Source: Antedon mediterranea (taxonomy: Eukaryota; Animalia; Echinodermata). Taken from it: a DNA stretch of 64,000 bases. A program made the translations under genes and the position numbers. The DNA lies in the NCBI RefSeq assembly GCF_964355755.1, contig NC_092677.1:2874101-2938100 (forward strand). The letters are read 5' to 3'. The notes below the pieces were generated by a model. The model searched no databases. It saw only the letters and a program-made list of their open reading frames with translations, and was not told where the DNA came from. This document shows positions 1-16,068 of the stretch, in pieces; positions within the stretch are counted from its first letter, which is position 1, and each line of letters starts with the position of its first letter.

Positions 1-2253
1 TCGCCTATGAAGGTGTGAACGCCCCCTAGTCTTGCCATGGTGGATCCTCCATGTCTGCTGAGTTTTACATCCAGTTCGTCTTGCATTTTAGAGGCTATTT
101 GAAGATTTCTGGAAGAATATCGAGAAATTGTAATGTGGTAATTTAATTTAAGTTAGTCCTGAAAATAGGAATAAAGTGGTCTTTGTGAATATCTTTATGG
201 CAACTGCACGAGGTACAGTAACAGATTAACAGCACAAGTCTACAGACTACTTACTCAATTGCTTCTCTTTCATTAGACTGCATATGTAAGTTCCATCCCA
301 TCGAAGTATAGAGTCTCGCCAATGCCTCTCTGGCTTGTCTCTGCTCATCAACTGTAGACTGGTTTTCAGTGTACTCAGACTTGTATTCAGTGTATTTAGA
401 CTGATTTTCAGTGTATTTAGACTGATTTTCTGTGTATTTCGACTGGTTCTCAGTGTATTTAGACTGATTTTCAGTGTAAATAGACTGGTTCTCAGTGCAT
501 TCAGACTGAATATCAGTGTATTTAGAATGGTTCATATTATTGGCAGGCTCTTTGGCATCCTTAAGCTCTTCTATAGCCTGAAGCAGTGATGCTTTTGCTT
601 GCATGAATATATCTGATGCACATATATAATTACCTAAAACAAAATGATTAGTGTATCCACATTAATACAACATAAGGAAAGGTTGAAGAGCAGGGGATAA
701 ACGGACAGCAAAATAATGATCTATAGCTCTATCTACACTATCATGTCATATCAGTACCATATTTGGGAATATCACTACCATAGTATATTTGGGCACATCA
801 CACTTTTTTTTTAGAAGCTTTAGTGTTCAGATAAGCTACCTAGCTCTCCAGCTTTTTAGTCGAGGATATAATTTGAAAAATGTCCGCCGAGCTGGTAAGT
901 ATTTTGTATATAGAGTATATATATTCTACCACTATGCGCTAAAAAAAATAAATAATTGCCTTTGATGTTTCCAAGTGCTGTCCCATAATGCATCAGCATC
1001 ATACCATGTTGATAAGCAGTACCCTGTAATTTGCTTGAGTTGACGCAAGCTTCGTAGAACTTGACAGCAGAGTGTTTTGGTAAAACATTAATTAAAAGAT
1101 AATCGGCGTCACAAGCAAGTTGTATAAACTTCTCATAGCGTACAGTATCTGAACAATTAACTGCTTCCTTCAAAAGTTTGTCTATATTTTGTACGTCCTG
1201 ATTAAAAAGTGGGAACAGTTTTTCCGGTTTCATCTCAGGTGTTAGACAGCGGACTACATCGATGAAGAACTCGCAGAAACGCTCGCGGGTTGTAACATTA
1301 TCTCGTAAATGTGAGAAGTTGGCATCAACATATTCTTGAACAAATCCGTGAAAGTAGAAGCGATCAAGCTGTCCGTCTTTTTCGATAAGTGATCGGTTAT
1401 AAATCGGAAAAATGGCATTTTGTTTTACTTCTGCAGTACTCGTTTCTCCAAGCACATGCTTTGCAGCGTTTACGCCGAAACGACCGGGAAAGTAAGCTAG
1501 CGTCACTAAGTACGATTTAATTCTTTTAGATAAGCGTTCAATAATTGACATCAAGTGACGAATGACCTCATCATCTTCGGTTATTATAAATCTAGGTATA
1601 CTGTTCCCTTGATTGTCACCATTATTGGTGACAAAACATTGCTTTACATGCAGGTGGCGTAACACTCCAGGTACACCTGCACAAACTTCAACAAGATCTT
1701 CCAAGACATCTCGTGACATTTCAGAAACAGAATTTAACGTGATCATACTTTTAGAAGTTTCATCAGAAAGTTCTTGCAATTTCATTTCAAAAAATTGTTG
1801 CGTGTAAAAATGAAAACGAAATGTTGAAATGATAATGACTGTTGTGTGTTTTGAACTCGCCAGAGCCTTGCATAATTCAAGAAAATCCGTCTGTGCGTCG
1901 TCCGACGAATAATCTCTACTGAACTCCTCCGCATTGTCAAACACAAATATTTGACGCGATTTGATTCTTCTCAATAGTGCTGGGATAGACATTTTATCAT
2001 CTTCAATTTTTGCGGTACTTGCACGCATGAGTGCACTCTTTATAACATCTCTTGTCGTCTGCACATTCTTTTGATCCCGGATGTCAATGATGTATGTTGT
2101 TGGCTTGTTGGGTAATGAATTAATTACTAAATTTGCTAACGAGCTTTTGCCTATGTTGGGTGGCCCGCTTATTTGAATCAGATTTGTGCGCTTTTCAACA
2201 ATTTTTTCAATTAATATTGCTCTTTCGGTTTGTCGTCCAATAAATTTCGCCAT
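1..2253 (-). CDS. STAND-class (NB-ARC-like) P-loop NTPase with C-terminal TPR-like repeats, 3'-partial. Coding exons 2253-960, 633-255, 108-<1
   Basis: Walker A GPPNIGKS, Walker B IFVFDNAE, sensor-1 IIISTFR, GxP motif CAGVPGVL, winged-helix RSLIE...FYFHGFVQEY. TPR-like helices follow (MMLMHYGTALGNIKGNY, LARLYTSMGWNLHMQSNEREAIENLQIA, TMARLGGVHTFIG). Acceptors ttttag|633 and ttccag|108 and donor GA|GTAAGT at 255 join in frame. Confidence 0.85.
355..530 (-). repeat. Coding 21-nt minisatellite encoding (SKYTENQ)-like heptads, ~8 units
   Basis: SKYTDIQ SECTENQ SIYTENQ SKYTENQ x3 SKYTEYK SEYTENQ, in frame within exon 633-255. Confidence 0.9.
726..820. mobile_element. Degenerate MITE family A copy
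   Basis: agctctatctacactatca end plus atatcactaccat internal units. Confidence 0.7.
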
Positions 2254-2662
2254 CCTTTTGCTAAAATAAAACAAAATTATTTAAAACATTGATTTTTACA
2301 CTACTGATGTGCAGTGTAGCTAGGCTACTGCTCAATTTAGGCTACTGCTAAATTTATAAAGTAAAACAATTATGTACCCCCTACTTCAATCGTGACTTTC
2401 CCTGTCTCTCTCTCACAAGAAGGGTCAATACATGGGCTAGGCTAGTAAGTAAGATGGTAGGCCTAGCTAGCTAGGTAGGGGTATTTGGGTATTCTAGGCA
2501 CCTGTCTGTAGATATGCGATTGCAATACTATTGTATCTGGAATTGTGTAGGCCAGCCTAAGTACAGAATGCCTAGCTACAAATTAAAAATTACTATCGAA
2601 AGTAAAAATAGGAATTTACCATGTAAAAACGTTGTGTTCTTAGAGTATGATGTCATTGTTGT

Positions 2663-2704
2663 AAAGGGAAATTCCCTTTCGTTAAATCACACAATTGTGA
2701 CGTA
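2663..2704. promoter_or_regulatory. Candidate NF-kB site plus CRE/ATF half-site upstream of the STAND-TPR gene
   Basis: Palindrome AAAGGGAAATTCCCTTT at 2663-2679 contains GGGAAATTCC. TGACGTA at 2698-2704. A minus-strand donor G|GTAAAT at 2620 suggests a 5' exon just downstream. Confidence 0.5.
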
Positions 2705-3099
2705 GTATATGGACTGTTCCATTATTATTATTTTTATAATGTGGTATAGAATAGAGGGTGCTATAGCTATTTTCTGTAATCTCATGCTTCTCCTGGTATG
2801 GACAAGAGTATTTAGACAAAATCATCGTCTAAGATATATGTAATTCTATATATTGTATCTACAGAAACTTGTCTTTAAATAGTAGTGTCAATAATTTAAT
2901 TAACAAATAAACAACACAACATAAATCAATAATTAACAAAAAGAATTTTGTAGTTTTATTTATTTATTATGAGGTCTTTGATTCCATAAATATTTATACA
3001 TCTAGTATATAGTAGTAGCCACACACATTTTGGCCACCCGAATTAAGCTAATATTCATGTGTTGTTTGGTTTAGATAAAGATGACACAATTGTAAGTAG

Positions 3100-3252
3100 G
3101 ACTCTCACTGAGTCAAACTTTTTGTGATGTGCCCATGGACATGATGATGTCATACCACTACCATATTTAAGCATATCACTACCATATTTGGGTACATCAC
3201 AGTTCACACCTTTTTTTTTCAAACTAGTTTGATAGTGTAGACAGAGATTAAG
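3100..3252. mobile_element. MITE family A copy (probable DHX35 3' UTR)
   Basis: Right TIR agtttgatagtgtagacagag; internal catatcactaccatatttggg units. Confidence 0.8.
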
Positions 3253-3292
3253 ACCTTAATGCAGGTGCTGCCATTTATTTGTTATTCTAGGC

Positions 3293-3610
3293 ACTTTCAC
3301 TACCATATTTGGGCATATCACTACCATATATGGGCATATCACTACCATATATGGGAATATCACTACCATATATGGGCATATCACTACCATATATGGGCAT
3401 ATCACTACCATATATGGGCATATCACTACCATATATGGGCATATCACTACCATATATGGGCATATCACTACCATATATGGGCATATCACTACCATATTTA
3501 GGCATATCACTACCATATATGGGCATATCACTACCATATATGGGCATATCACTACCATATATGGGCATATCACTACCATATATGGGCATATCACTACCAT
3601 ATATGGACAG
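3293..3610. repeat. 21-bp tandem array (GGGCATATCACTACCATATAT) x~15, derived from the MITE A internal unit
   Basis: Direct inspection; same unit as inside MITE A copies. Confidence 0.95.
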
Positions 3611-3667
3611 GTGATTTAGCATTTAGTTATCTTTACTGTTATTTTGTTTAATCTTATTTACTTTACT

Positions 3668-9249
<5,582 letters not shown>

Positions 9250-9553
9250 GTTGAAACTGCCCTCAAGTACAGAAATATTGTTCAGAATATTTAATTTATT
9301 TCATTGTATAATTTACAAAAACAATCCTTGGTACATTGTTTTTATTAAAAATTAAAATTGCTATTACATATTATATTATTATCTATATAGAAAATAACAA
9401 ATTGACTTTTTTATCCAATGTATTTGCAACTATTTAAACAAATATTTTAGGTGTAAAAACTGTCTGCTTCCAAGTACGTGTAAAGAAAGGATTTTGTCAA
9501 AAGCCCACTGCTGCTGAAAATTGTCTTGATTTTTATCAAATGAGGATGAAAAT
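9250..9553. promoter_or_regulatory. Putative bidirectional promoter / 5' UTRs of DHX35 and STX16
   Basis: Divergent start codons at 9249 (-) and 9554 (+), 304 bp apart. Confidence 0.7.
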
Positions 9554-12500
9554 ATGGCGACACGGAGTTTAACAGAAGTATTTATTTTAATGCGAAATAA
9601 TGCTGTTCAAAATAGGCATATATTCACGGAGCAGGTAAGCCGTTAATTCCCTTTATATTTGTCACAATCTAGGCTAGCCTAGCTAGGTAGGCTGTCTAAA
9701 TAATATTGTAAGGCCAAGAAACCTAATATAGAACGCTGTGGTGATTCATCCGGCACTGCGTGTAGTGCATTGAGGAGGCAGCCTAACTTTAAGTATTATT
9801 CTATCTCCATGGCGCTTCTGTTAAATGAGAATATTATACTTAACTAAGGTTAATACTTTGTATATATTTGCCAAACAAAATTATATAAACAGTCGGACTC
9901 AGTTTATATAAATTATAGGTTTTGTTGATGAATGTGTATATTAATTATTATTATTAATCCAAAGGCAAATAACTGAAAAAATGACAATGCTGTGGGTATC
10001 AGTGGCTGGACTAAATCAAAACGATCAAGTAAAACAGCCAGAAAAATCAGCAGAGCTTTCGGGCAACACTAGCCCTTAAATATTATTATTATTAACTTTA
10101 ATCACAATAACATTAATCTTGTGTTCTTTGTAAGAATGAGACCGATAGGACAGCATTAGTGAGTACTACTGATGGAGTGGTATCATTCTCTAAGTCATCT
10201 CTACCTCCTGAATGGTAAGTTTGGCACAAATATGTTATTGTTTAAAAAAAAATTTTTTTTAATATAGATTGATTGTTTAAATGTTTTTGTGAGTTTGAAA
10301 GAAAATTAGTTTTCATAATAATGTCTTCACCATTATTATTGTATGAATGTTATTCAGTATCATCTGATTTCAAAGTGTTTTTATTCTTTTTGAAGGGTTG
10401 ATAGTGTTGAAGAAATACAGTATGACATATCCAGAATTCAACATAAAAGTATGAAATATTTTAATTACTTGAAATCTTTATTATCAATTTACAAATAAAT
10501 TTGAACAGCAAAATTAAAGATTAAAATAAACATAAAAACCATGATAAATTAAATGTGTAATAAATAACAGTTAATCATTGCTTGCAAGCCTCAAAGTTTA
10601 CCCAATTAATTATTGTTATCTTTGTTTGTTTCTCAGTGAAAGAATTAGCAATGGTTCATGATAAGCATTTAAACAGACCAACACTGGATGACACGATGGA
10701 AGAAGAGCACTCTATTGAAATTATGACACAAGAAATTACACAGGTAAATGTTGTCCCTATTATTGCCACCCACATTCTTATTGTCACCCACATTGTTATT
10801 GTCACCTCACCAATATTGTCACCCTAATCATTATTAATAAAATAAAAAAATTATTTGATATTGCTTTATTTTTAGATGTTTCACAGATGTCAAAGGTCAA
10901 TTCAATCAGTGGGTGCAAAAAGTCGTAGGTCAACGTCACAAGAACAGAAAGTTACCAAAAATATAATGTCAACTCTAGCGGGTCAGCTTCAAGATTTATC
11001 AATAAGTTTTAGGAAAAGTCAATCAAATTACCTTAAAAGTAAGTTTAGTGTTTTGTGAAGATATTTTTTCTGCAAAAGAAATTTTCATCAAATTGAAATT
11101 GTAAATATTTCTAATGTTATGCTTGTTCCCTTTTGTACAGGAATGAAGAGTCGAGAAGAGCGGTCACAGCATTACTTTGGTGGTAGCAATATGATGACGT
11201 CAAACAACAGCGCCATCATGGCTGCACAAGACGACCTTGATGACGAGGACATGATATATGACAGGGTACTTTGTTCTTTCAACAAATAGTTAAGATGAGA
11301 TGCCATTAAATTAAGTTCATTGGTGAAAAAAAAAAGTGTCTGTCCTTTCTAATAAGGGCTTAACAATATCTGTGCTCAAGCTCTGTCTACACTATCAAAC
11401 TAGTTAGACAAAAAATGTGTCATATGCCCAAATATGGTAGTGATATGCCCAAATATGGTAGTGATATGACATCATCATGTCCATATATGGATAAACTTGA
11501 TGGCTACTGTTACTGTTCTTCAAATTCCTGATATGTATTTAGATTAATTCTCAATGAAAGTTAAGTAGTTCTGTGGGGTTTTTTTTTACTGATTTTTGTA
11601 CTGAAATTATTTATTTTTTTGTCTTGTAGGGCTTTACAGATGTACAAGTACATATGGTAGATGAAAACAGTGCTCTCATAGAAGAACGCGAGAAAGAAAT
11701 CACACACATAGTGCAATCAATATCAGATCTGAACGAGGTCTTCCGAGATCTCGCAACGATGGTTGTAGAACAGGTAAGAACGTAAGAAAGAAATCACACA
11801 CATAGGGCAATCAATATCAGATCTGAACAAGGTCTTCCGAGATCTCGCAACGATGGTTGTAGAACAGGTAAGAACGTAAGAAAGAAATCACACACATAGA
11901 GCAATCAATATCAGATCTGAACGAGGTCTTCCGAGATCTCCAACGATGGTTGTAGAACAGGCATGAAACTCACATTTGAATGTACATTTGTCATCACATA
12001 TTAGTATAATTTCAAGACTGACTGTTAATTGTTATATATTTTTCAGGGTACAATTCTAGATCAAATTGATTATAATATTGAGCAGTCATCAGACAGGTTA
12101 CAAAGTGGCCTCAAACAGCTACAAAAGGTATCATATTTGATTAATGATTTCAAGTATTTACTGTATTTGAAATATATTTCAATTATTGTCTAATGCCTAG
12201 ACTAGACAAACAAAAGTGTGGTGTGCCCAAATATGGTAGTGATATGACATCATCATGTCCATATATGGGCACATTACATTTTGTCACATAAAGTTTGATA
12301 GTGTAGACAGAGCTTTATGCAACTAACCAGTCTAAAATCAACTTTTGTTTTATCAACCTTTCTCGTTGAGCTGACCTTTGACCAAGATATAGCATTCATG
12401 AAAGTATATCACAATCTAATCTACTGCCACAAATACTGTTCTTAAGACCTGTTTTTTTTTTATACCAATATCAATTTTTTTTTCACAGGCTGAGAAATAT

Positions 12501-12593
12501 CAGAAAAAGAACCGCAAGATGATGGTGATTTTGATTTTATTTGTTATTATCGTCGTTTTAATCATTATTTTAATTGCCAAGAAATCTAGTTGA
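9554..12593 (+). CDS. STX16: Syntaxin-16 (Qa-SNARE). Coding exons 9554-9634, 10135-10214, 10396-10448, 10637-10743, 10876-11038, 11141-11265, 11630-11773, 12047-12127, 12489-12593
   Basis: N-peptide [48 protein letters not shown] motif [53 protein letters not shown], then C-terminal TM helix. GT-AG introns, phases consistent. Confidence 0.96.
11378..11500. mobile_element. MITE family A copy (truncated)
   Basis: aagctctgtctacactatcaaactag TIR plus 21-bp units. Confidence 0.8.
11691..11960 (+). repeat. 94-bp tandem triplication of the 3' part of STX16 exon 7 plus donor site
   Basis: Units start at 11691, 11785 and 11879. Copies 2 and 3 carry substitutions; copy 3 has a 1-nt deletion. Confidence 0.95.
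12195..12316. mobile_element. MITE family A copy
   Basis: Right TIR agtttgatagtgtagacagagct. Confidence 0.8.
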
Positions 12594-13018
12594 TGATTTT
12601 AAATTATTAAGTTATAAATCGAAGTAGGGCCAAAAGGATGCATACAACTTAAGGTTTCAATATTCATATATGTAAATTATATGTAAATAGGCTAGTTCAA
12701 CTTTAAAAGTTGATTTATCTGTTTTAGATTATTTGTATAGTCTTTTTTGATCATGTCAAAATATTTGATTGATTAAAGTTGTGTGATTATAATATTTTGT
12801 TTTCTATATGGAATGGAGAATTCCTAAGTAAAGCCATCAATATAAGTAAATAATATAAATTATTTATCATAGACTTCGATCAAAAAAGATTATAAATGGT
12901 GTATTTTATTTGTGTTGTTGCGATATAAAATGTGCATTCCTTGGCTAAATTAACATATTGTACAATGGGTTCACAATAGATAATATAGCAATTTGTTAAT
13001 TTGTACAATGTCTTAAAA

Positions 13019-13098
13019 TCTCCAGTGGTCTAATGGTAGGGTGCCTGAATATCAAGCAGAAGGTTCCGGGTTCGAATCTCGGTTGGGGCAGCTTTTTC
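13019..13098 (+). pseudogene. tRNA-derived sequence (tRNA-Arg-like SINE head or tRNA pseudogene)
   Basis: A box TGGTCTAATGG, B box GGTTCGAATC, partial acceptor stem tctccag/ttggggc, then a T-run. Anticodon arm irregular. Confidence 0.6.
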
Positions 13099-13560
13099 TA
13101 ATTCTCACATATTTCCTCATCTTCAACTGTTTAAAAATTAATTATAAATTTCTCTGTACCTATGAATTTGTTATAATTCAAATATATTGAATGTTATTTT
13201 GTCTTAATATTTTGTTTTAATATTTTGTTTTAATATACAATTTCATCATTTTATTTAATACATTTGTTTTAACTTATTAATTGGTTGGACAGAGCCAACT
13301 AACATTAATTTTTTTCACAAAATCACAGGGAATATTCACCCATAGTTATACAAAACCAATTTAATAATGAGAAAGTAACTTCAATTTGTTGAAAGATAAC
13401 ATTATGTGAAAACAAAACAGTATTATCAAAACATACATACATGAATAGGTTGTGTGCATTTCACTCGCTGCTATAAGTCATATGATTTGAGCCACAGTAT
13501 ATATTTATTACTTTCTGAATGTATTTGTTATGTTTATATGTTTTATTTATATTAATAGTA

Positions 13561-14304
13561 AAGCTTGGTTCCCACTAGAGACGAAACGCGAGGACGTAAC
13601 GTAAGTGAGTTGACCAATCACAAGCGATGGATTATTCGAACTGTCGCGTATTATTTGTCAACACGCGTTTACGTCATTGTGTTGCGTCTCTAGTGGGACC
13701 AGGCTTTATTCAATACCTAATGTTGTATTCAATACCTAATGTTGTATTCAATACCTAATGTTGTATTCATTATGCTCAGTGCTGCTGTATCAATGTATTC
13801 AATTATTGTAGGAATACATTTTAAAAATATCTATCCCTCCAATTACTAACCGTTTTAATTAGAGAACCTTCAATTAAAGACCATTGACTGATGATTTTAT
13901 TCTTAAAGCGTGGTTCCCACTAGCGACGCAACACAAGGACGCAACACAAGGACGTAAAGCAACGCAAGTGAATTGACCAATCACAAGCGATGGCTTATTT
14001 GCTTGTGATTGCTAACTGTCTATAACTTCGCTTGTCATTGGTTAAAACGCTTGCGTTGCGTTTACGTCATTGCGTTACGTTCTAGTGGGAACCAAGCTTT
14101 AATGTATAAATACTATTTATCTATATATTTAACTATACCTAAAGCTTGGTTCCCATTAGGACGCAACGCAATGACTTAAGCGCGCCGCAAGCATTTTGAC
14201 CAATCACTACGCGTTGGATCATCCAAAACTGTAGCTTGTGATTGGTCAACTCATTTACGTTGTGGTTACGTCATTACGTTGCGGCCAAGTGGGAAACAAG
14301 CTTA
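13561..14304. mobile_element. Cluster of three MITE family B copies (13561-13707, 13905-14100, 14142-14304)
   Basis: TIR aagcttggttcccactag ... ctagtgggaaccaagctt; internal gaccaatcacaagcg inverted motifs. Confidence 0.85.
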
Positions 14305-14829
14305 AGGTGCATACAGAATTATATATGTTTTCTATTTTATATGGTAAAGGCAAATTTTAATGTAATATTCCTTAAACCAATAATACATATTCGTTAAACC
14401 AATACAAGTTTATTCAAAGCAATATTTATTGAAATTTTGGATTAGTTATTTACTTATCAGTCCTCCATATTTCTTATTTTGTACAATATTTAATTTAGCA
14501 GGTCTAAGATCAACTGATTTTAGCTGGTTCCAATGATAATTATTGTAACCCTTGTTATACCATAACAGTAGGCCTATCTATGTTTGTTTAAATCCGATCC
14601 CATGCTAAGTTTGTCTTAATGTTAACCACTACACCAGGGCCAGACTGTAAAATGTCGATGTTTAGGCTATAAAATAATACACAAATACTGCTAATTTAAA
14701 ATATGAGAAATGTGCATTTTGTGACCTTTATTAGTTCCCCTCCTACACAAGCCTTTGAAACAGCTTTAGACGGTAATATAAGCTTAATTGTCAATTATTT
14801 GGTTAAATGTACTTAGTTATGTGCTTAAA

Positions 14830-15141
14830 AGTAGAACCCCCTTATTTGGGACACCCAGTTCAGGAGAAACTCTTATTAAGCTCTGTCTACATAACAGTAT
14901 CAAACTACTTTGACAAACAAAGTGTGATGTGCTCAAATATGGTAGTGATATGCCTAAATATGGTAGTGATATGACATCATCATGTCCATATATGTACACA
15001 TCACATTTCTTTGTCACATAAAGTTTGATAGTGTAGAAAGAGATTAAGTTTTAAGGTGACACTTCCCGTGAGACGAACGAGACCAACCCCTATTCAAGGC
15101 CTATGTTGGGTCCCGAAGGTGTCTCCTTAATAGAGGTTCTA
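14830..15141. mobile_element. Tc1/mariner-like MITE (agtagaacc...ggttcta) interrupted by a MITE A copy at 14878-15046
   Basis: Outer agtagaaccccttatttgggacacc / ggtgtctccttaatagaggttcta; inner MITE A with both TIRs. Confidence 0.65.
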
Positions 15142-16068
15142 TGTGGTTTATTTTACTAATGTTTTCCACCGACGCTTCTTCTCTTACCCACCTTAATTGT
15201 AATGACGTCAACAATATTTCGGTTTCCTTAAGTGTTTGTGTAAAAGTTCGATAGAAACTTAAACATTACAAACATAAGTGAAAGTTGTTATTTAAATATT
15301 TACTGAGTAATAGGCGGTGTTATCTGCTAGTTTCTGGCAATACTTCATTGAAACATCTTTTTGTCATATATACATGTTAAAGGTGAATTTCTGAATTCTT
15401 AAAAGATTGGTTCCGTTTAAAAGCAACGCAGCGATGTACGCGCAACACAGTTGACAAATCACAAGCGACAGTTTGGATGATCATCGCGTCGTGATTGGTT
15501 AAGCTTGGTTCCAATTTGAACGCAAGCTTAAAACTTTAAACTTGATCTTTTCAATCTTCTGTGTTGAAAATTAAATTAATTTATTAGTTTGTACTTTCAC
15601 CTCTAAATCAAATCGAAGTATCACATCATACACTCTGTACTTAATGTGTACGTTTGTTGGTTGGTTTAAGAGGAAAGCTATTAATGCGATTTTTCTTTTT
15701 CTATTAACCCCTCTATTTGCATAACATTAATTGAGGGTGTTTATTATGGTTACATAAATGTCATAATAAAGAATGTAAAAAATAAACATAGTTTTCACTG
15801 ATTACTGCTTTTATTTAAATAAGTATTGTAATTAAGAGTTAAAACTGTCTAACCATTTTTGATTCGGTGTCATGATCACTATAATGAGCTAGACATGTCA
15901 AAACGCCCGCTGTGTGGCAAATTAGAGAATTTCCCTCTTAAAGCTACGTTTACACTAGACAATTAAACAAATTTTGCGGCCGGCAAGTCACCGAACCAAA
16001 TCAGGTTTAGTTTAAAGGTGGAATATTTCTCTTCAATCATGTTTGTATTGGTTGGTTTAGTCAACCTT

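Noticed and set aside
251-253. Stop codon ending the 117-aa ORF
   Set aside because: It overlaps a perfect GTAAGT donor; the frame continues in exon 108-1. The nearer acceptor at 158 gives an early stop and was judged less likely.
3256-3622. Repetitive ORFs (MVVICPY, GSDMPIY and similar), also at 62184-62573
   Set aside because: Translations of the 21-bp MITE unit.
13019-13090. Functional tRNA gene
   Set aside because: Anticodon arm and acceptor stem do not form a canonical cloverleaf.
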